Source: the human T2T-CHM13v2.0 reference genome, Homo sapiens. From it: a DNA stretch of 64,000 nucleotides. The stretch lies in NCBI RefSeq assembly GCF_009914755.1, contig NC_060931.1; one strand, 5' to 3'. The notes under the pieces were generated by a model. That model saw nothing but the letters and a program-made list of their open reading frames with translations, was not told the DNA's origin and did not search any database. The stretch's first letter is position 1; each line of letters begins with the position of its first letter. The position numbers were made by a program, and so were the translations under genes. Below are positions 28,266 to 42,105 of the stretch, one piece after another.

Positions 28266-29649
28266 TTGTCCTAGAGTGACCGCTCCTTGGGATCAGTGAC
28301 TTAAGCTGAAACATTTACAATACCTGTCAACAAGCTAAATGGTAAGATCATGGTCACAACCTGACAGACAAGTAAAAGGACAGGTGTTAGAAGAATATTA
28401 GAAGGATATATTCTTTAAATACCCTTTAAGTCTTGCAGACACACCATGAAAATTAGTCTCCATGCTTTTTGCAACTCTTCTGATATAAAGACACCAGGGG
28501 CTTCCTTGGGTGTATAAAACGTCTGATGAAAGGTAAAGCATGAAACTAACTCAAAGCCTTTACATTCCTATGGCTTCAAGAGTCTTTATTTCAGGCAAAA
28601 TATGCAAGTGAAAAAAGGAGGACTAAATCTGTTTTTAGGAATAATCTAATCTGGTCCTTGGAGCTTAAGACTTCATGGTAGAGGAAACATCTGAATACGA
28701 TTCAGTGGCTATCAGTTTAAGTTCCTGCGTCATAAACTTAGTGCCATTGCAGATGAGATGCAGAGCCATGGATCATGTCTTCTGGAGGCCCACAATTTAG
28801 TGAGGAGAAACAGGAAGATACTGGAATAACAATAATAGAATGCTGCCTGTTGTGCTTGTTATACCAGATAATAACAAAAGCATTATCAGCTCATGGTCAT
28901 TAAATGTTTAACATGTGCCCCTCACACATCAGCCTTATATGGCAAATATCCTATTCCTCAGTTTGCACATGGAAAAATCATACCTTAGTAAGTTGCCCAA
29001 GGTCACACAGCAGTCCAACCAGAACCTGGGACAACTGACATCAGAGACAGCTCTCTCAGCCACAAGAAGGTGTGATATACAGTGGGAGAAAGGGAAAAAG
29101 AGGTTCCCAACTGGCTGGGCTGTCCTTTTCCATCCTCCATGACATCGACTTGGAACTGGGGAAGAGAAGGGGCACAGGAACAAGTGGCAAAGCACCCCAA
29201 AATTCTTAAAGCTCTCTATGCTAGGGGAGGGCATCACAGGAAGCATCCCTTAACCTTCTCAGCCTGGCCAAGCAGCTCAGGAATTGAGAATACAAGTACA
29301 GAAGACTGGGCAACCCAAATTAAAGCCTTTAGGTTCTTAAGGAACCTTGTAATAAAAAGGGGTCATCCCTAACCAAACAAGCAGGTTCCCCTATTCTTTG
29401 TGGCCAAGGAGAAATCATTTAATTGCTTTTTCTCCCCTTCAAGTCCCAATTTCCCTGCCTGAAATGCTTATTAACTCCTCCATGGGGAGTTACAACATAT
29501 GCGTCCCAAGCCCTCTGGGATGTCGTAGGGACAGCAACCTCCTGTTTAAAGAGTACCGTGGTCACTTTAGGAGAAAATTTTTATCTCTGTACTAAACATC
29601 AAAATCCTTTTGGACTCTTCCTATTTCTGATAAAATGCATCCATAATAG

Positions 29650-30090
29650 ATTGGATTACTGTTCACTCACAGCTCTCCCTCCTCAAAAGAAACATACTTC
29701 CTTGACCTAATAATTCTGGCCTTGGCCATATTACTTAATTTGGCAAAAAGAATGTTATGTGCATGATGTGAATAGAGGCCTTAAATAAGCTTCTGTGGTT
29801 TGGCTTGACACTTGAGCTCTAGTAGTCCACCATGAGAAAACCATGTCCCTACTAGCTGCTGCCCCTTCAGCCTGGTTCCCAGAAGGAACATCTGTGACCA
29901 GATGTGAGCCCAACCCACAGCAGATTAGCTGACCAGCAGCCTAACACAGAGCCACCCAGCTGAACCCAGCCTCAATCAGCCAAACCACAGTGCCCCTGCA
30001 GACCAGATAGCATTAATGCTTATTGTCTAAAGCTACTGAGTTTTGGGATAGTTTGTGATGCTTCATTATTGTAGCAGCAGCTGATCATCA
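29650..30090 (+). mobile_element. MaLR LTR (MLT1H/I-like)
   Basis: ccatgagaaaaccatgtccc...cagctgaacccagcctcaatcagcca...tgcttattgtctaaagctactgagttttggg. Confidence 0.8.
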
Positions 30091-30655
30091 TTTTAATTTA
30101 GGAAAGGCTAAATTACAGGTACGAATATATGTATCTTGGCATATCTCACACTCTGATTTTTCTCTTGAACTTCATTGACTGCATGGGCATCCTGTCACTC
30201 AAAGCACACTACTTTCAATTACTTGAACAAAGATGCTGACAGGTTAAAATACAGATAACAGGTCCAGATGTCCTCGGTAAAACAAATGGCTTATTCTGAC
30301 AGTAAAGTGTTTCCACTAACATCTCTCCATAACATGCAGATGTGAAAGAAAAAAACTGTTCATGGAATTCATAAAATACTACCTTTCAGAATTAAAGAAA
30401 TGGCACTGTGATGGTGAAATAGTATCTTCAGAGGTGGAATCTATACAATCTCCCTCAGTACTTCTTCTCAAATAAAATACATGTTACGTTACTGCTTTCA
30501 AGACCATTCTCCTCCCCTGCCCCCATTTCTGGCAGTCTCATAACCACTAAAATCTATGCAGATTTCACAAAGCTACTGAAGAAATTTTTTAAAAGAAATC
30601 TATGGGCTCTCAGTTTGAAAAATGTACCAAACATTATTTTTAATACAACACACTT

Positions 30656-31020
<365 letters not shown>

Positions 31021-31369
31021 TTAGTCAAGTGAGTTACATTAGCCAAAAATTTTTATTTCAATACAGAACACAAAAAGTAAATAGAGCTTTTAGAATTAAA
31101 AAACAAGCAAACTAGATTTAAAGAGAACTAGAGTGCCAGTTAGGGCTTCTCAGGTCCCTAGGGGCTTTGAAGGTGGTAATGGGGCTTTGAGCTATTTGAA
31201 TGTTATAAAAAAGCAGAATGGAAACTAACCATAACGAAGTCACACAACATTCCACATCATCCTTTGGGGCTGGAATTAGGTTCCCTCCGTGTGGTAACAT
31301 TGTCTGACACAAGGCTACACATGCAGGTCCCAGCTCCCTCTCCTATCCCACCCCCTCAAACACACCAGA

Positions 31370-31735
31370 TACTCCAGTCTCAGGCCCTTGCAGCCTCTGC
31401 CTGGAACATTCTTCCCCTAGATGCCCCAATGGCTCATTCACTCCCCTTCATCGAGCTTCACTGAACTTCATTCAGACCCCTTCTGAAATGTTTCCCTCTC
31501 AAAGAGGCCGTCCCAGACCACTTTATCTCAAACAGGCCTTTCAACCTCTCTCTCCTGACTCGCTGTATTTTTCTTCACAAGGTTATGACTGTTTGAAATT
31601 AGCTCATGTATTGTGTTTTGTCTGCTTCTTCCATGAGCATGAGGCTTTAACTGTGTAGTTCACTACTATAACCCCAGCTCCTAGACAGTGCCTGCATAGT
31701 TGGCACTCAATAAATAGTTACTAAACGCATAAATT
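31370..31735 (+). mobile_element. L2 3' fragment
   Basis: ctctgcctggaacattcttcccctaga...cctagacagtgcctg...gcactcaataaata. Confidence 0.75.
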
Positions 31736-32829
31736 GGGTGTTTGAGATGTTGCTGCATGAAAAATAAAAAAAAAGCATTTAATTACTTATTAAATCAGCC
31801 TGTTTTGTTAGACAAAATCTTTCAAGAAATAGAACCCATGAGAAGGGAGAAGGAAAATTAACAAAAGAGGCCCTTGGTTACATATATATATATATAAAAA
31901 AAGTTGGAAACCACTTTCTTACTCAACTACTGCTGAGTCAAATAAGCCTGGACCAGCTGCTTAACTGTATCAGGGCAATATATTCTATAAGACTAAAAAT
32001 GATTTCAAGTGATGTTGACAAAGATTGTTTAGGAATAAAGTATTTTAAATATTCTCTGCAATAAGTAAACAACTCATATATTGCTGTGCAAGCTTCTAAA
32101 ACAAGGCCCAGCCTGGGGTTTTCCTGAGAAGCTTCCAGTGTTTAAGTCTGTAACATTTCAAGGACTATTATTAAAGAGATGCACAGCCCCTTAAAGAGGA
32201 AGGCATGGCATTTTGTGAGTCCTAGAGTCATGTTCTCGGATTTCTTCATAAAAGCCCTACAAATCTTTCGAATGATTCACCACAAACCTTTACAAACCAC
32301 ACATATAAAATCATCTCTTGTTTTTTCCATTGCTTGGTTGTTGCAACATGTAATAATTATGTTTTCTGCTTATATAGATTAACAAACCTCTCTAGACTCT
32401 TGAAATGCCTTCTTTCCGAAAGAGAAAACTATATTTATCAAACATGGAAGTATTTTTCTAATCACATGATCTAATGTCTCAAAAACTTAAATCTGGATAA
32501 ACAATACTAAATTAAGGCTGCTATATTTTCAAACAGCAAGAATTTGTGTGTGGAATGTTTTAACAGCTCATGAATTCCTACGACCACTCAGTATGACTTA
32601 CACAAACACAAACCAAAACTCTACCAGGGAAATCAAATTTCACCTAATATCTCCAAGGTAAAATATTTAACAAAAAGCAGAAATGTATATGGTTATTTTG
32701 ATTGTTTTTCTCCCATCATATTATGGAAATATGAAGAGGACAGGAGACTTTGAGGAGTATGTGGCATAGGGAGCATCACCATGGATGCAAAAAAAAGGTA
32801 AATCCTATCAGTGTTATAACATGTGTGGG

Positions 32830-33270
32830 GGCTTCCTGATCTCCAGGCCCTTCATAGTCATGTTTCTACTTAATCCTCATAACAACACTGGGAGATAAAT
32901 ACTATTCCCATGCTCATTGCACAGAAGCTGAGGGCTACAGGAATTAAATAAGTTGGCCAAGGTCACGTAGCCTGTGGGATTCCAGGGTCATGCATAACCG
33001 CTTCACAGTAAAACCTCCACCCCAGCCTCCTGCAAAAGACAAGGAAGGGAAATGACCAGACAGCTTTCTTTTCTTCAGAATTCACCAGCTAGCACACTGA
33101 ATATAGGTGGTGTCTCACAAAACACTGTGATATGTGCATACTATCACCCCATCTTAGAGAGGAAGAAAATGAGGCACAGGGAGGTTCTATAACTTGACAG
33201 GAGCAAAGCCAGGATCACAAGTGAGGCAAGCGAGCTCCAGGAACCTCACACTGAACCACAGCTTACTGCT
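32830..33270 (-). mobile_element. Two MIR fragments
   Basis: ttaatcctcataacaac...ttggccaaggtcac; ccccatcttagagaggaagaaaatgaggcacagggaggtt. Confidence 0.65.
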
Positions 33271-33868
33271 ATTCTCTCAACTTTTCTCGTCCAAGCACCT
33301 GCACTCACTCAAGACTTAAAATTTTCATCGACAGAATTAGCTAGTTGGCCTAGATCATCTGTAAGTTTCCTTTCCATTTTTAAATGATAAGATGCTCAAT
33401 TCACCTGCAAAAGGGTTTTTGCCACAATAAAAACACTCTGGAGAGAGTTTTTCAGTGGTCCTGCTTTTTTTCCCAGGGGAAGGAAATGGTACTGATAATA
33501 ATCTTAATACACTTTTAGGATTAAGGCTTATCATTTTAGAATTTGGTATAAAAGAAAAAGTTTTAATTACAATGTTTTCATGTTAAAAAATAGTTAACTG
33601 CTTCATAAAGAACAATGGAAATTTTGAATAAAAACCACTATAAGCTACTATTCTTTTCATTTTCTGTAGTTCAGATAGCTTCTTTGCAGGAAGCAATGGT
33701 ATACAAGGTTTACTTTGCACCCCGCCATTCATACGTGCTTCATTAAAGCACATGGCCTGTCATCAATGGCTCTTATTAAACACAGTGATTGGGTGGAGTG
33801 GAGCAGTTGTCTTGCACAATGTTTTTAAACCCATCTGTATTAGTTACCAGCATTTAAAGATGAGTTTC

Positions 33869-34167
33869 GGCCGGGCGCAGTGGCTCATGCCTGTAATCCC
33901 AGCACTTTGGGAGGCCGAGGCGGGTGGATCATGAGGTCAGGAGATCGAGACCATCCTGGCTAACATGGTGAAACTCCGTCTCCACTAAAAATACAAAAAA
34001 TTAGCCGGGCGTGGCAGCAGGCGCCTGTAGTCCCAGCTACTCGGGAGGCTGAGACAGGAGAATGGTGTGAACCCAGGAGGTGGAGTTTGCAGTGAGCTGC
34101 GACGCGCCATTGCACCCCAGCCTGGGTGACAGAGCGAGACTCCGTCTCAAAAAAAAAAAAAAAAAAA
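33869..34167 (+). mobile_element. AluY with 13-bp TSD (youngest insertion in the window)
   Basis: Y diagnostics gagatcgagaccatcctggctaac and gaatggtgtgaacc; pure A tail; TSD aaagatgagtttc at 33856-33868 and 34168-34180. Confidence 0.95.
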
Positions 34168-35909
34168 AAAGATGAGTTTCAAGTAAAAATCTTAATTCCT
34201 AGCTTCTCTCTCTCAAATAATAATAATAAATAAAAGCATCTGCCAACAAAGGGCCTGTACTCCAACATGGCAACACTGGGTATCGGCTGCCTTTTTAAGC
34301 AAAGCAAAGACTCTTCAGTTTGCCAGTCTCTGCCACGCCCCACTGCATTGAACTTGGTTACTTCCCTCATATGCTGTGTCCTGAGGCATGTGAGTTTGAG
34401 ACTCTTTCACCACCACAGGTGCCCTGGTTTGAGCATTTGTACTCTAACTACATAGCTGAGACAGTAACACAGCATCAAACTTGCTGTATATTAAAGGCCT
34501 GCCTCCAGTAAAACTAAAAACTACACCCACAGAACTGAAACCCAAAATGGACACACACCTTTAAAAGTTTGATTCCTTTTTGAAACAACACAATCCTCCC
34601 AATGCTCGATATTTCATTAGTGTAACCCAATGAGTTCCCAACCTTGGCAACACATTAGAATAAACTCTGAAGGGCTAAGAACACATAGGCTCTGACTCAG
34701 AACCCGGGAAACCTTTTCTCCCCCAGCTTCACCCAAGTGATTGTGAATGGCAACCCATGTGTTAAAGTACTGGTGTAAACACTGACATACACAGTGTGAC
34801 TTATAAATCAATAAGGCTGATTTTCCACAAGCCACAGATGAGAATCATTCTCATTACAAGTTATGTCAGATATACTACACTGAAGGTGCCATGATAGTTC
34901 CAGGGATTGACAAAAGACGATTCCTTTATTCTAACATCTGAAGTGAAGTGCATGTATAACTTAACGTTATACGTTAATCTCTTGATTTTTCTGTGTGATG
35001 TTTGCATATTTTAACAGCAAATATTTTGGTGTGGGCCCCTGAAAGTGCTGAAGTGGAGCCAATATATAAAAGGGAGTTTCCAATCTGGGCAGAATATTGA
35101 GACACATTAGTTTAAATCACACATCATCAACCACTTTGAGTTGATGCCAAACTCCAGATGTCTAGTGTCAGAAAGATCTTATTAAAAGATGTACTTGGCA
35201 TCTCTCTAAAATCTAAACTATCTCTAAGTTACAGGAGGGCTGCAAAACACCTGTGTGACACTTGCTATCAGTCCTGAAGATGAGTCATACTCCACAGTCT
35301 ACCAGCCGGTGAGATTCCCAAGTAAACTGAGATGAGCTCAATGAGGACAAGAGAGGCCTAGAAAAAGTTAACTGCAAACTGTTGAGGCCAAGCTTTCCAT
35401 AAGAAGTACTTAGCTTGGGTTTACAAAGAAACTTCAAAAACCCCATTTCCTTCATGTGATGTTTGATACCTGAGGAAGCCTGGGCATAATTTCTGCTTAT
35501 TTATGCCTATTACCATGGTGTTCAATTTACTTAACAGAAAACTGTACAAGTATGCCTCTACAGATTCCCCTGCTTTTGCCATTACTTTCATAATTATGCC
35601 ATATATGGAAAATCAGGCAGCTAAATTAGCATTCGAGAGGCTCTCGCTAAATGAATTAGGTAAGAAAACGAGTGCTTCAATTTTAAGCCCAGATGTGCTC
35701 CTGCAGAAGCGATTTAAGGTCTGGTGCTGGAGTGACAGGACTTGATGTGTGCCTTCTCTGTGGATGGCACCAGGGAAGCATCCAGCAGTGAGGGCTCTAC
35801 ACATAGGCCACAAGCACTGAGGGTTTTCAGTGCTTAACTCACAGTGTTTACAGTTGGGCCCCATATGTACCACTAGTCAAAAAAAAAATCTTTAAAATAA
35901 AGTACATGA

Positions 35910-36035
35910 GCTGAGTACTGGGCCGTGTGCATGCAATCCCAGCTACCAGAAGGCTGAGGCAGGAGGATCGCTGGAGCCCAAAAGTTCAAGATCAGCCTGG
36001 GCAACATACCAAGACCCTGTCTGAAAAATAATAAT
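35910..36035 (+). mobile_element. FLAM (Alu monomer)
   Basis: Single Alu arm; TSD aaaataaagtac(a/c)tga on both sides. Confidence 0.85.
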
Positions 36036-36101
36036 AAAATAAAGTACCTGAACATAATTACATGATTTTAATTTTGGAAATCTGAAGTAAAAGAGAAGTT
36101 G

Positions 36102-36103
<2 letters not shown>

Positions 36104-36146
<43 letters not shown>

Positions 36147-36163
36147 TATGTGTGTGTATGTGT
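36104..36163. repeat. (TG)n microsatellite
   Basis: Read directly from the sequence. Confidence 0.97.
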
Positions 36164-37631
36164 AGAGGGTTAGGTATTGTGTTTGTCAGGAGAACCTATC
36201 CCTAAATGATCATCAGTGAGAGAGAGAAAACCAGTTAGCGTCTTTGGACAATTCAGTAATTACAACCATTTTAGAACTGCCAAATTATTGTTTTCATTGT
36301 TGTTACTGTGATGGGATGCTCATGCACCCTCCTGTCCTACCTAAGTGTTTTCTTCAGAAGCCTTGACACATTCAGAAACATTTCTACCTCAACCAGACAA
36401 CCGGCATCAAAATATGTCATCAACCATCCATACTGCTCCCATCGACACTGCTCTTGGTGGAAATCCAGCCTTTCTGTATTTATTTCTCCAAGACTTTCAG
36501 GTGCGGAAGAGCCTTCAATGAAAATGCAAACATCTTGTAAAAGATCACAACTTAGGCTGTAAAGAGCAAGCACTGAGTATATGGGCACACCTGGCAGCAA
36601 AGCCGGCCCTGGCTACCCCGGGCATTTTCCTGGCTGTTCTTTGCTCTGTGTCCTGGCTTCCTCCTGCGTCGCATGGGACTAACACTGCATAATGCATATT
36701 AAAGCAACTAGCCAGTAGGTACTGTGAAAGGAAAATCAATCTCGGGATCCCCCCAAATAATAAATAATAGTATTACTATCTCATACAAATAAGACTGTAA
36801 GAGCTGCCCAAGTTTGAAAAGCTCAAGTTAGTGAGATCAGGAGGATTCAAAATCCAATTCTGTATAGCTTCACAGTCCATGCTTCTCACCACCCAGGCCT
36901 CTGCCTCCTGTGTACCAAATACCCCTGGCAATTTAACAAGGAAAATCAATTTCCTTTTTAAATCAGCTTTAAAAAGAGTCTCTTTCAGATTCCCTTAATA
37001 TAAACCATACTGGACTAATTGCATAATGGATATTTGTGTGAATGCCATAAACACATAAACATATAAATATACAGCCCTCATTGATGCAAACCTACAGAAA
37101 TTAATTTCAAAGATGTTTTTCACTGTCCAAAGTTACCTTTGTAATTTATTTTTTTCACAGCCCAAAGTACTTCTCAATTTTTATTTTCATACCATTTCTG
37201 AAAACACGTCTTGGGGACGAGGATAGGATGATGACAAGACCCTGAGTTTCTGGGGGAGGAAACAGTGCACAGGAGGTGACCACACAGTTCAGAGCACACC
37301 CCCGCTGGTGCAGCTGTGGGCAGGGGCTACAGGACAGAGAGGGGAAGACCCATTAAAATAATGATATTTATTGAGGTAAAAGAGGCTTTCTGTCCTGAAG
37401 AAAAATATTTCTGTTTTATACCAATATAAACAAACACTCTAGTTCATATTTCACTAAGTGTGTTATTTAACTAATATGGTAGCATATTTAACTCCAAAGC
37501 GGAAGGCAGTACTTACAGGATGGGGGTAATGTCTACTTCACAGGCTTGCTGTGAGGGCCAATGAAATACTATACAAAAATTATTTAGCACTGTCTGTGGC
37601 ACATATAGTAATGATTCCCGAATTGGGAGCT

Positions 37632-38949
37632 CAAGGAATAGACCCAAGTTTTGTGGGCCTGCAGATTCAGACTTTTCTTATGAAAAAAAATTGAATGTTA
37701 TAAAATGTTTACAAAAGTGATTATCTATTGAGATTAAGAAATCACAACAAATCACAAAATTTTACAAGCCGCAATACCAAAACATCCTAAAATCAGAATC
37801 CAGGAAAAGAACCCAGTATGTGTATTAATTAACTTCCTGACACACTGCTATAAATACTTCTTTTGGGCTGTATACTCTGATGAATCCTCATATCACAATG
37901 ACTTATATTCATATCATTTTCCACAGGGCAGAAAGATGAATCAATCTCCCCTCAAGCATGGGTGATCAAAATTTATTCCTAATTATTGACAATTCAGAAA
38001 AGTTACTTTTAGCCTTATAGTTCTTTATTGGCAATGACATATACATTTTTAGGATTGTTGTCAAACCTGTAATCACATCTCTTAATTTTCTTTCACATAT
38101 GAGCCATAAAAATCCAGGACATTTCAAGTTTTCTCGTGCAATGACTAACTTTAAATATTCTTTTTATCAATGATACTCATTAACCAGTTTGTTGTCAGTA
38201 TTTTTGGTATCAGGCATATTCATGTCAAATGAACAAGAATCTTAAACACAGAATTCCCATTAAAAATGGTGCATTTCTAATAGTATATTTGTATTATTGA
38301 GTATATTCCTAAAAGAAGAGAATTTTCATACTGACTACACTTAGATAAGAACTGAATCCTCCACGTAGAATTTTACACATCTAACAAGTGAAAGAATTCT
38401 CCACAGACCTGGCTCCACGCACCATAAACCATCCCACAGCAGATGTCATGGTACCCGTTAACACTGCAATTCTCTCTCTGACCCTCCCCTTTGTGTAAGG
38501 ACCCCAGGTAAGCTGGCACGGTGGGTGGCGATCCTATGAAGCAACTTCTACACTAGGATGGCTAGGGATAACTTGACACAGAGATGACTGTGAACTGCAT
38601 AAATACATCCCACTAAACCCAAACAAAATGTGGACCCAATTCGACTTCCCCCTAGCTATATCTCAAAAGCACTTTCAAGTCCAATGTCATCAAACCCAAA
38701 CAGAAATGTGACAGCAGGGAAGTCAGAATGAGAAAGAAAAACATTAAAGGATTGCTTAAAATCTTCTTCCAATTTTACCAGTTATGATCCCATGAAGGCC
38801 CAGCTACGTATACTGCTAGGGCTCCTCCAGGGCCCTGGAAAGTGCTGGGTGGGCCCTGGCAATATATTCAAAAACGGCAAGGAATGCGTTGTACAAGTCA
38901 GGGGCCCTGGGGCTGGAGCTTCATTAGCTTCACAATAAATCTGCCTCTG
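37632..38949 (-). mobile_element. Zaphod-type hAT-Tip100 DNA transposon, internally deleted, both ends present
   Basis: The right end reverse-complements to cagaggcagatttattgtgaagctaatgaagct...agggcccc (Zaphod/MER115 terminus). The left end caaggaatagacccaagttttgtgggcctg matches the other terminus. Confidence 0.75.
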
Positions 38950-39119
38950 CGGTCCCTATTATTATTCATTATTTATCTCAGTCTGTACATGTCTGGTCTC
39001 TCCAAATAAATTTCAAATCCTTAGAGATAGGAAGTACTGTCTTAAGCACTAACATAGGAAATACTCAAAAATGTGTGGCTGTCCTCACTATCCATGGTGA
39101 TCTTGAAAGAGAGGGAAAA

Positions 39120-39305
39120 AATGTATAATACAAATGTATACATATACACACATAAATATATACACACATATGGATATACGTACACACATATATGTGGTAT
39201 GTGTATTAGACATATACATGTATTATTTATATATGTGTTAGATATCCTACATGCCTTTGTGCCTAAAATATATATTTATTTCTATATATCAATTATATCT
39301 ATAAT
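39120..39305. repeat. Degenerate (TA/CA)n low-complexity tract
   Basis: Read directly from the sequence. Confidence 0.8.
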
Positions 39306-40839
39306 ACCAAAGAAATGGTGAATTTTTCAGTGTTATTAACCTGGCATCCAGATCATGTCCCTTCAAGGAGGTCTATCTCAGGAGAAAGTCACCATTGTAG
39401 TCTGGCAGACAATGAACAGTGCTTCCTTGGGAGGCCAGTGGGTGAGCTGGGCAAGGGACAATGGCCGTCAGGGGACTATCAGTGCTCTCTGGTGCTGGGC
39501 AGACAGTCTATTGTTAGTGACCCAAGAAGAGTCCCTCTGACTCCTGCCAAAGTTGACAGCAATTGGAAAGACTTCACCCTTAAAGAGGATATCCACTAAT
39601 CTGGTCCCTGCTTGCAGCTAGCTTTAAAAAAAAAAAAAAAAAAAAAAAAAAGTAGGTGAAAACTACTGCAACATTCCAGTGCTTACAGCGAGGGGAAAAT
39701 ACAATTTTCTTTACAGCAATTAAATATATTAAATGGAAGGCACTTTTAAAAAATACACACATAATAAATTTCTGACATCTATGGTTTCCTATCTTCAGAT
39801 TCTAAATAAATAACATTTTTCAACTTAATACGTTAGCCAGGTCAACATGGAATAAATCTATTACCTCACCATGAAACAAAATGAGTATCTACAATCCAGC
39901 AAGTATTTCTTTGTACACAGGACACGTCTGTACTGTCAAGATCTGAAGGCGGGGGTAAGAATGGGGTAGAGAAATATAAGGGAATGTGGGGTATGTATGA
40001 TTGTTGCCCTAGAAGCTAAAACTAGAAAAGGAGGATTTTTAAGGAATTCAGAAACATTGTCTCCTGTCTCTCAGACTCAGTCTACAACACCAGGCCTCTG
40101 GCTTCCAAACAGTCCCAGGGAAGCCCCTCATCAAGTGTCACCAGCCTGTGCCAGCCTTAAGGTATCCTCACTGTCACCTACGGGAAGAATTGGGTTTTCT
40201 CAAAACAGCTGTCAGTTTGTATTTCTAGAACTGTCAACGTAGGAGATATCTCCGAAATATATGAACTCTAAAGGAAACCATTTTCTGAAGAATATGTGGG
40301 TTTTTGTCAACCCAGTCAGTTACAGGCAGAGTTCTGGTGTCTGTACATTTCGGTCACATGTCAGAAAATGTGTATACTAAATGAAAACAATTAGAAGCTT
40401 GTGAAACTTATGAGACAGGATGTTCAACAGGCCCAAGGCACAGTGCCTCTTTCTAGTCCTGGATTTTTTCAAATAAATTCAGGCCACAAGGAAAGGCCAT
40501 GTTGGAAGCCGCTGGCTTTGACACCACTTTCCCAGTCCACTGTGGCAAATGCCTCTGCCAGGGTGTAAAGTGCCTCTGGCCACACAAAAGAGAACGTGGC
40601 CAGAGGCTGCAACACCAGCACTAGACTGTTGAGGAGTCTCCTATTTTCCATTCTCAGTCCTTCCCAGGAAGAGCCTGATGATGTCATAGTTATAAAATGC
40701 CCAAAACAGCACCACTAATAGGTGGATACAACCCATGTTAATCTCGAAGGTAGACTCTGACAGTAGGATTACATATTTATTTAGCAGATACACAAATGGC
40801 AAGAAACTAGATGATGTAGACAACTTATTATTGTAGATA

Positions 40840-41020
40840 AACACTTCACATATATTATCTCACTTAATCCTCACTAACCACTCCGTGAGATGGATGCTGC
40901 TACTATCCTCATTTTACAGAGGAGGCATAGTACGGTTAATTTGCCCCTGGTCATAAGGGGGACAAGTGGCAGACATGTGTGTTCAACTCCAAGCAGGCTG
41001 GATTCGCTATGCCACTGCTC
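40840..41020 (-). mobile_element. MIR
   Basis: tatctcacttaatcctcac...atcctcattttacagaggagg...aagtggcaga. Confidence 0.8.
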
Positions 41021-41719
41021 AGATGACCTTCATCTCGAGTTCAGTTACTTTCTAAAGGAGGAAACAGAGTCAATCGTGTGAGGGGAGGTGAGGAGGGGAC
41101 TGTCACGTTCTTCACCTAATTGGCAACTGGCATAGGCTTAGCTTTGCATACCTGTCTGGAATTCAAATCTCAAATCATACACATCAGCCACGAAAGCTCA
41201 GGCAATTATAAACTGTACCTTAGTTTGCTCACCTAAAAGTGGGAGTAATAAGGACCTATGACATATTGCACAGCTTATCTATTTAGTACACTGTGATGCT
41301 CCTTTGAGAAGATAATGCAAATATTTACTAAATCATCTTAGGAGCTAAATTCTACAGTTTTGATAGTAAGTGCCCTGATTTTTTTTTACAGAAACTTTGA
41401 CCTTTATTAATTAGACGGTTTATAAATCTATACTATGAAATGAAGCACTGTAGGTTTATTACCTGGGTTTTGGAGATGAGGAAACTAACAAGTAGAGACT
41501 CACAACAAGAAACCTGTTGATATTCGGGGTCAGGAACCAAGTCATAGCTAATGCAAGCCATTCTTGGTCAATGAGACTCTGCCCCTTAACTGGGCCCTTG
41601 CAGGGAAATGTTTCAATAGCAAAGCTGAGGATCCTAACATCTGAGGAAAGTTCTAAATGACCTGCTAGTCTGGTACGATCACATGAATAACTGAATTGGG
41701 TCAGATTCCTGTGTTTCTA

Positions 41720-42105
41720 TTCAAGTGCTGCAGGCCTGCCTTGGGGCCTGTGTACTGCCTGCGCCCAGAATGTCCTCATGACTAACTCTCACACCTCCTT
41801 CGAGGTTTTGTCTCCCATATCAGCCTCTCAGCAAGGCCCACCCTGACCAATCTATTTAAAATTCTCATACTTTCTCCTCCCAACCCTCCGGACCCTGATC
41901 TAGTTTTTCTCTTTTCTGTATCACTAACCACCTCCCAACATACTGTGTATCACATACTTCAATTGTTTATTGTCTGGCCCCCTATCCTAGAATATAAACT
42001 TCCTAAAGAGTGATATTTTCATTTTGTTAACCAAAAAATATCAAGTGCTCATAACTTTGCCTGGCATAAACTAGGGACTCAATATATATTATTACATAAA
42101 TAAAT
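41720..42105 (+). mobile_element. L2 3' fragment
   Basis: ttgtttattgtctggcccc...ctagaatataaact...tgcctggcataaactagggactcaata. Confidence 0.75.

Noticed and set aside
35503-35745. 80-aa ORF that looks protein-like, with a MADE1-like ttttgccattacttt stretch
   Set aside because: No recognisable homology or exon structure; the MADE1 match is too short and lacks TIRs.
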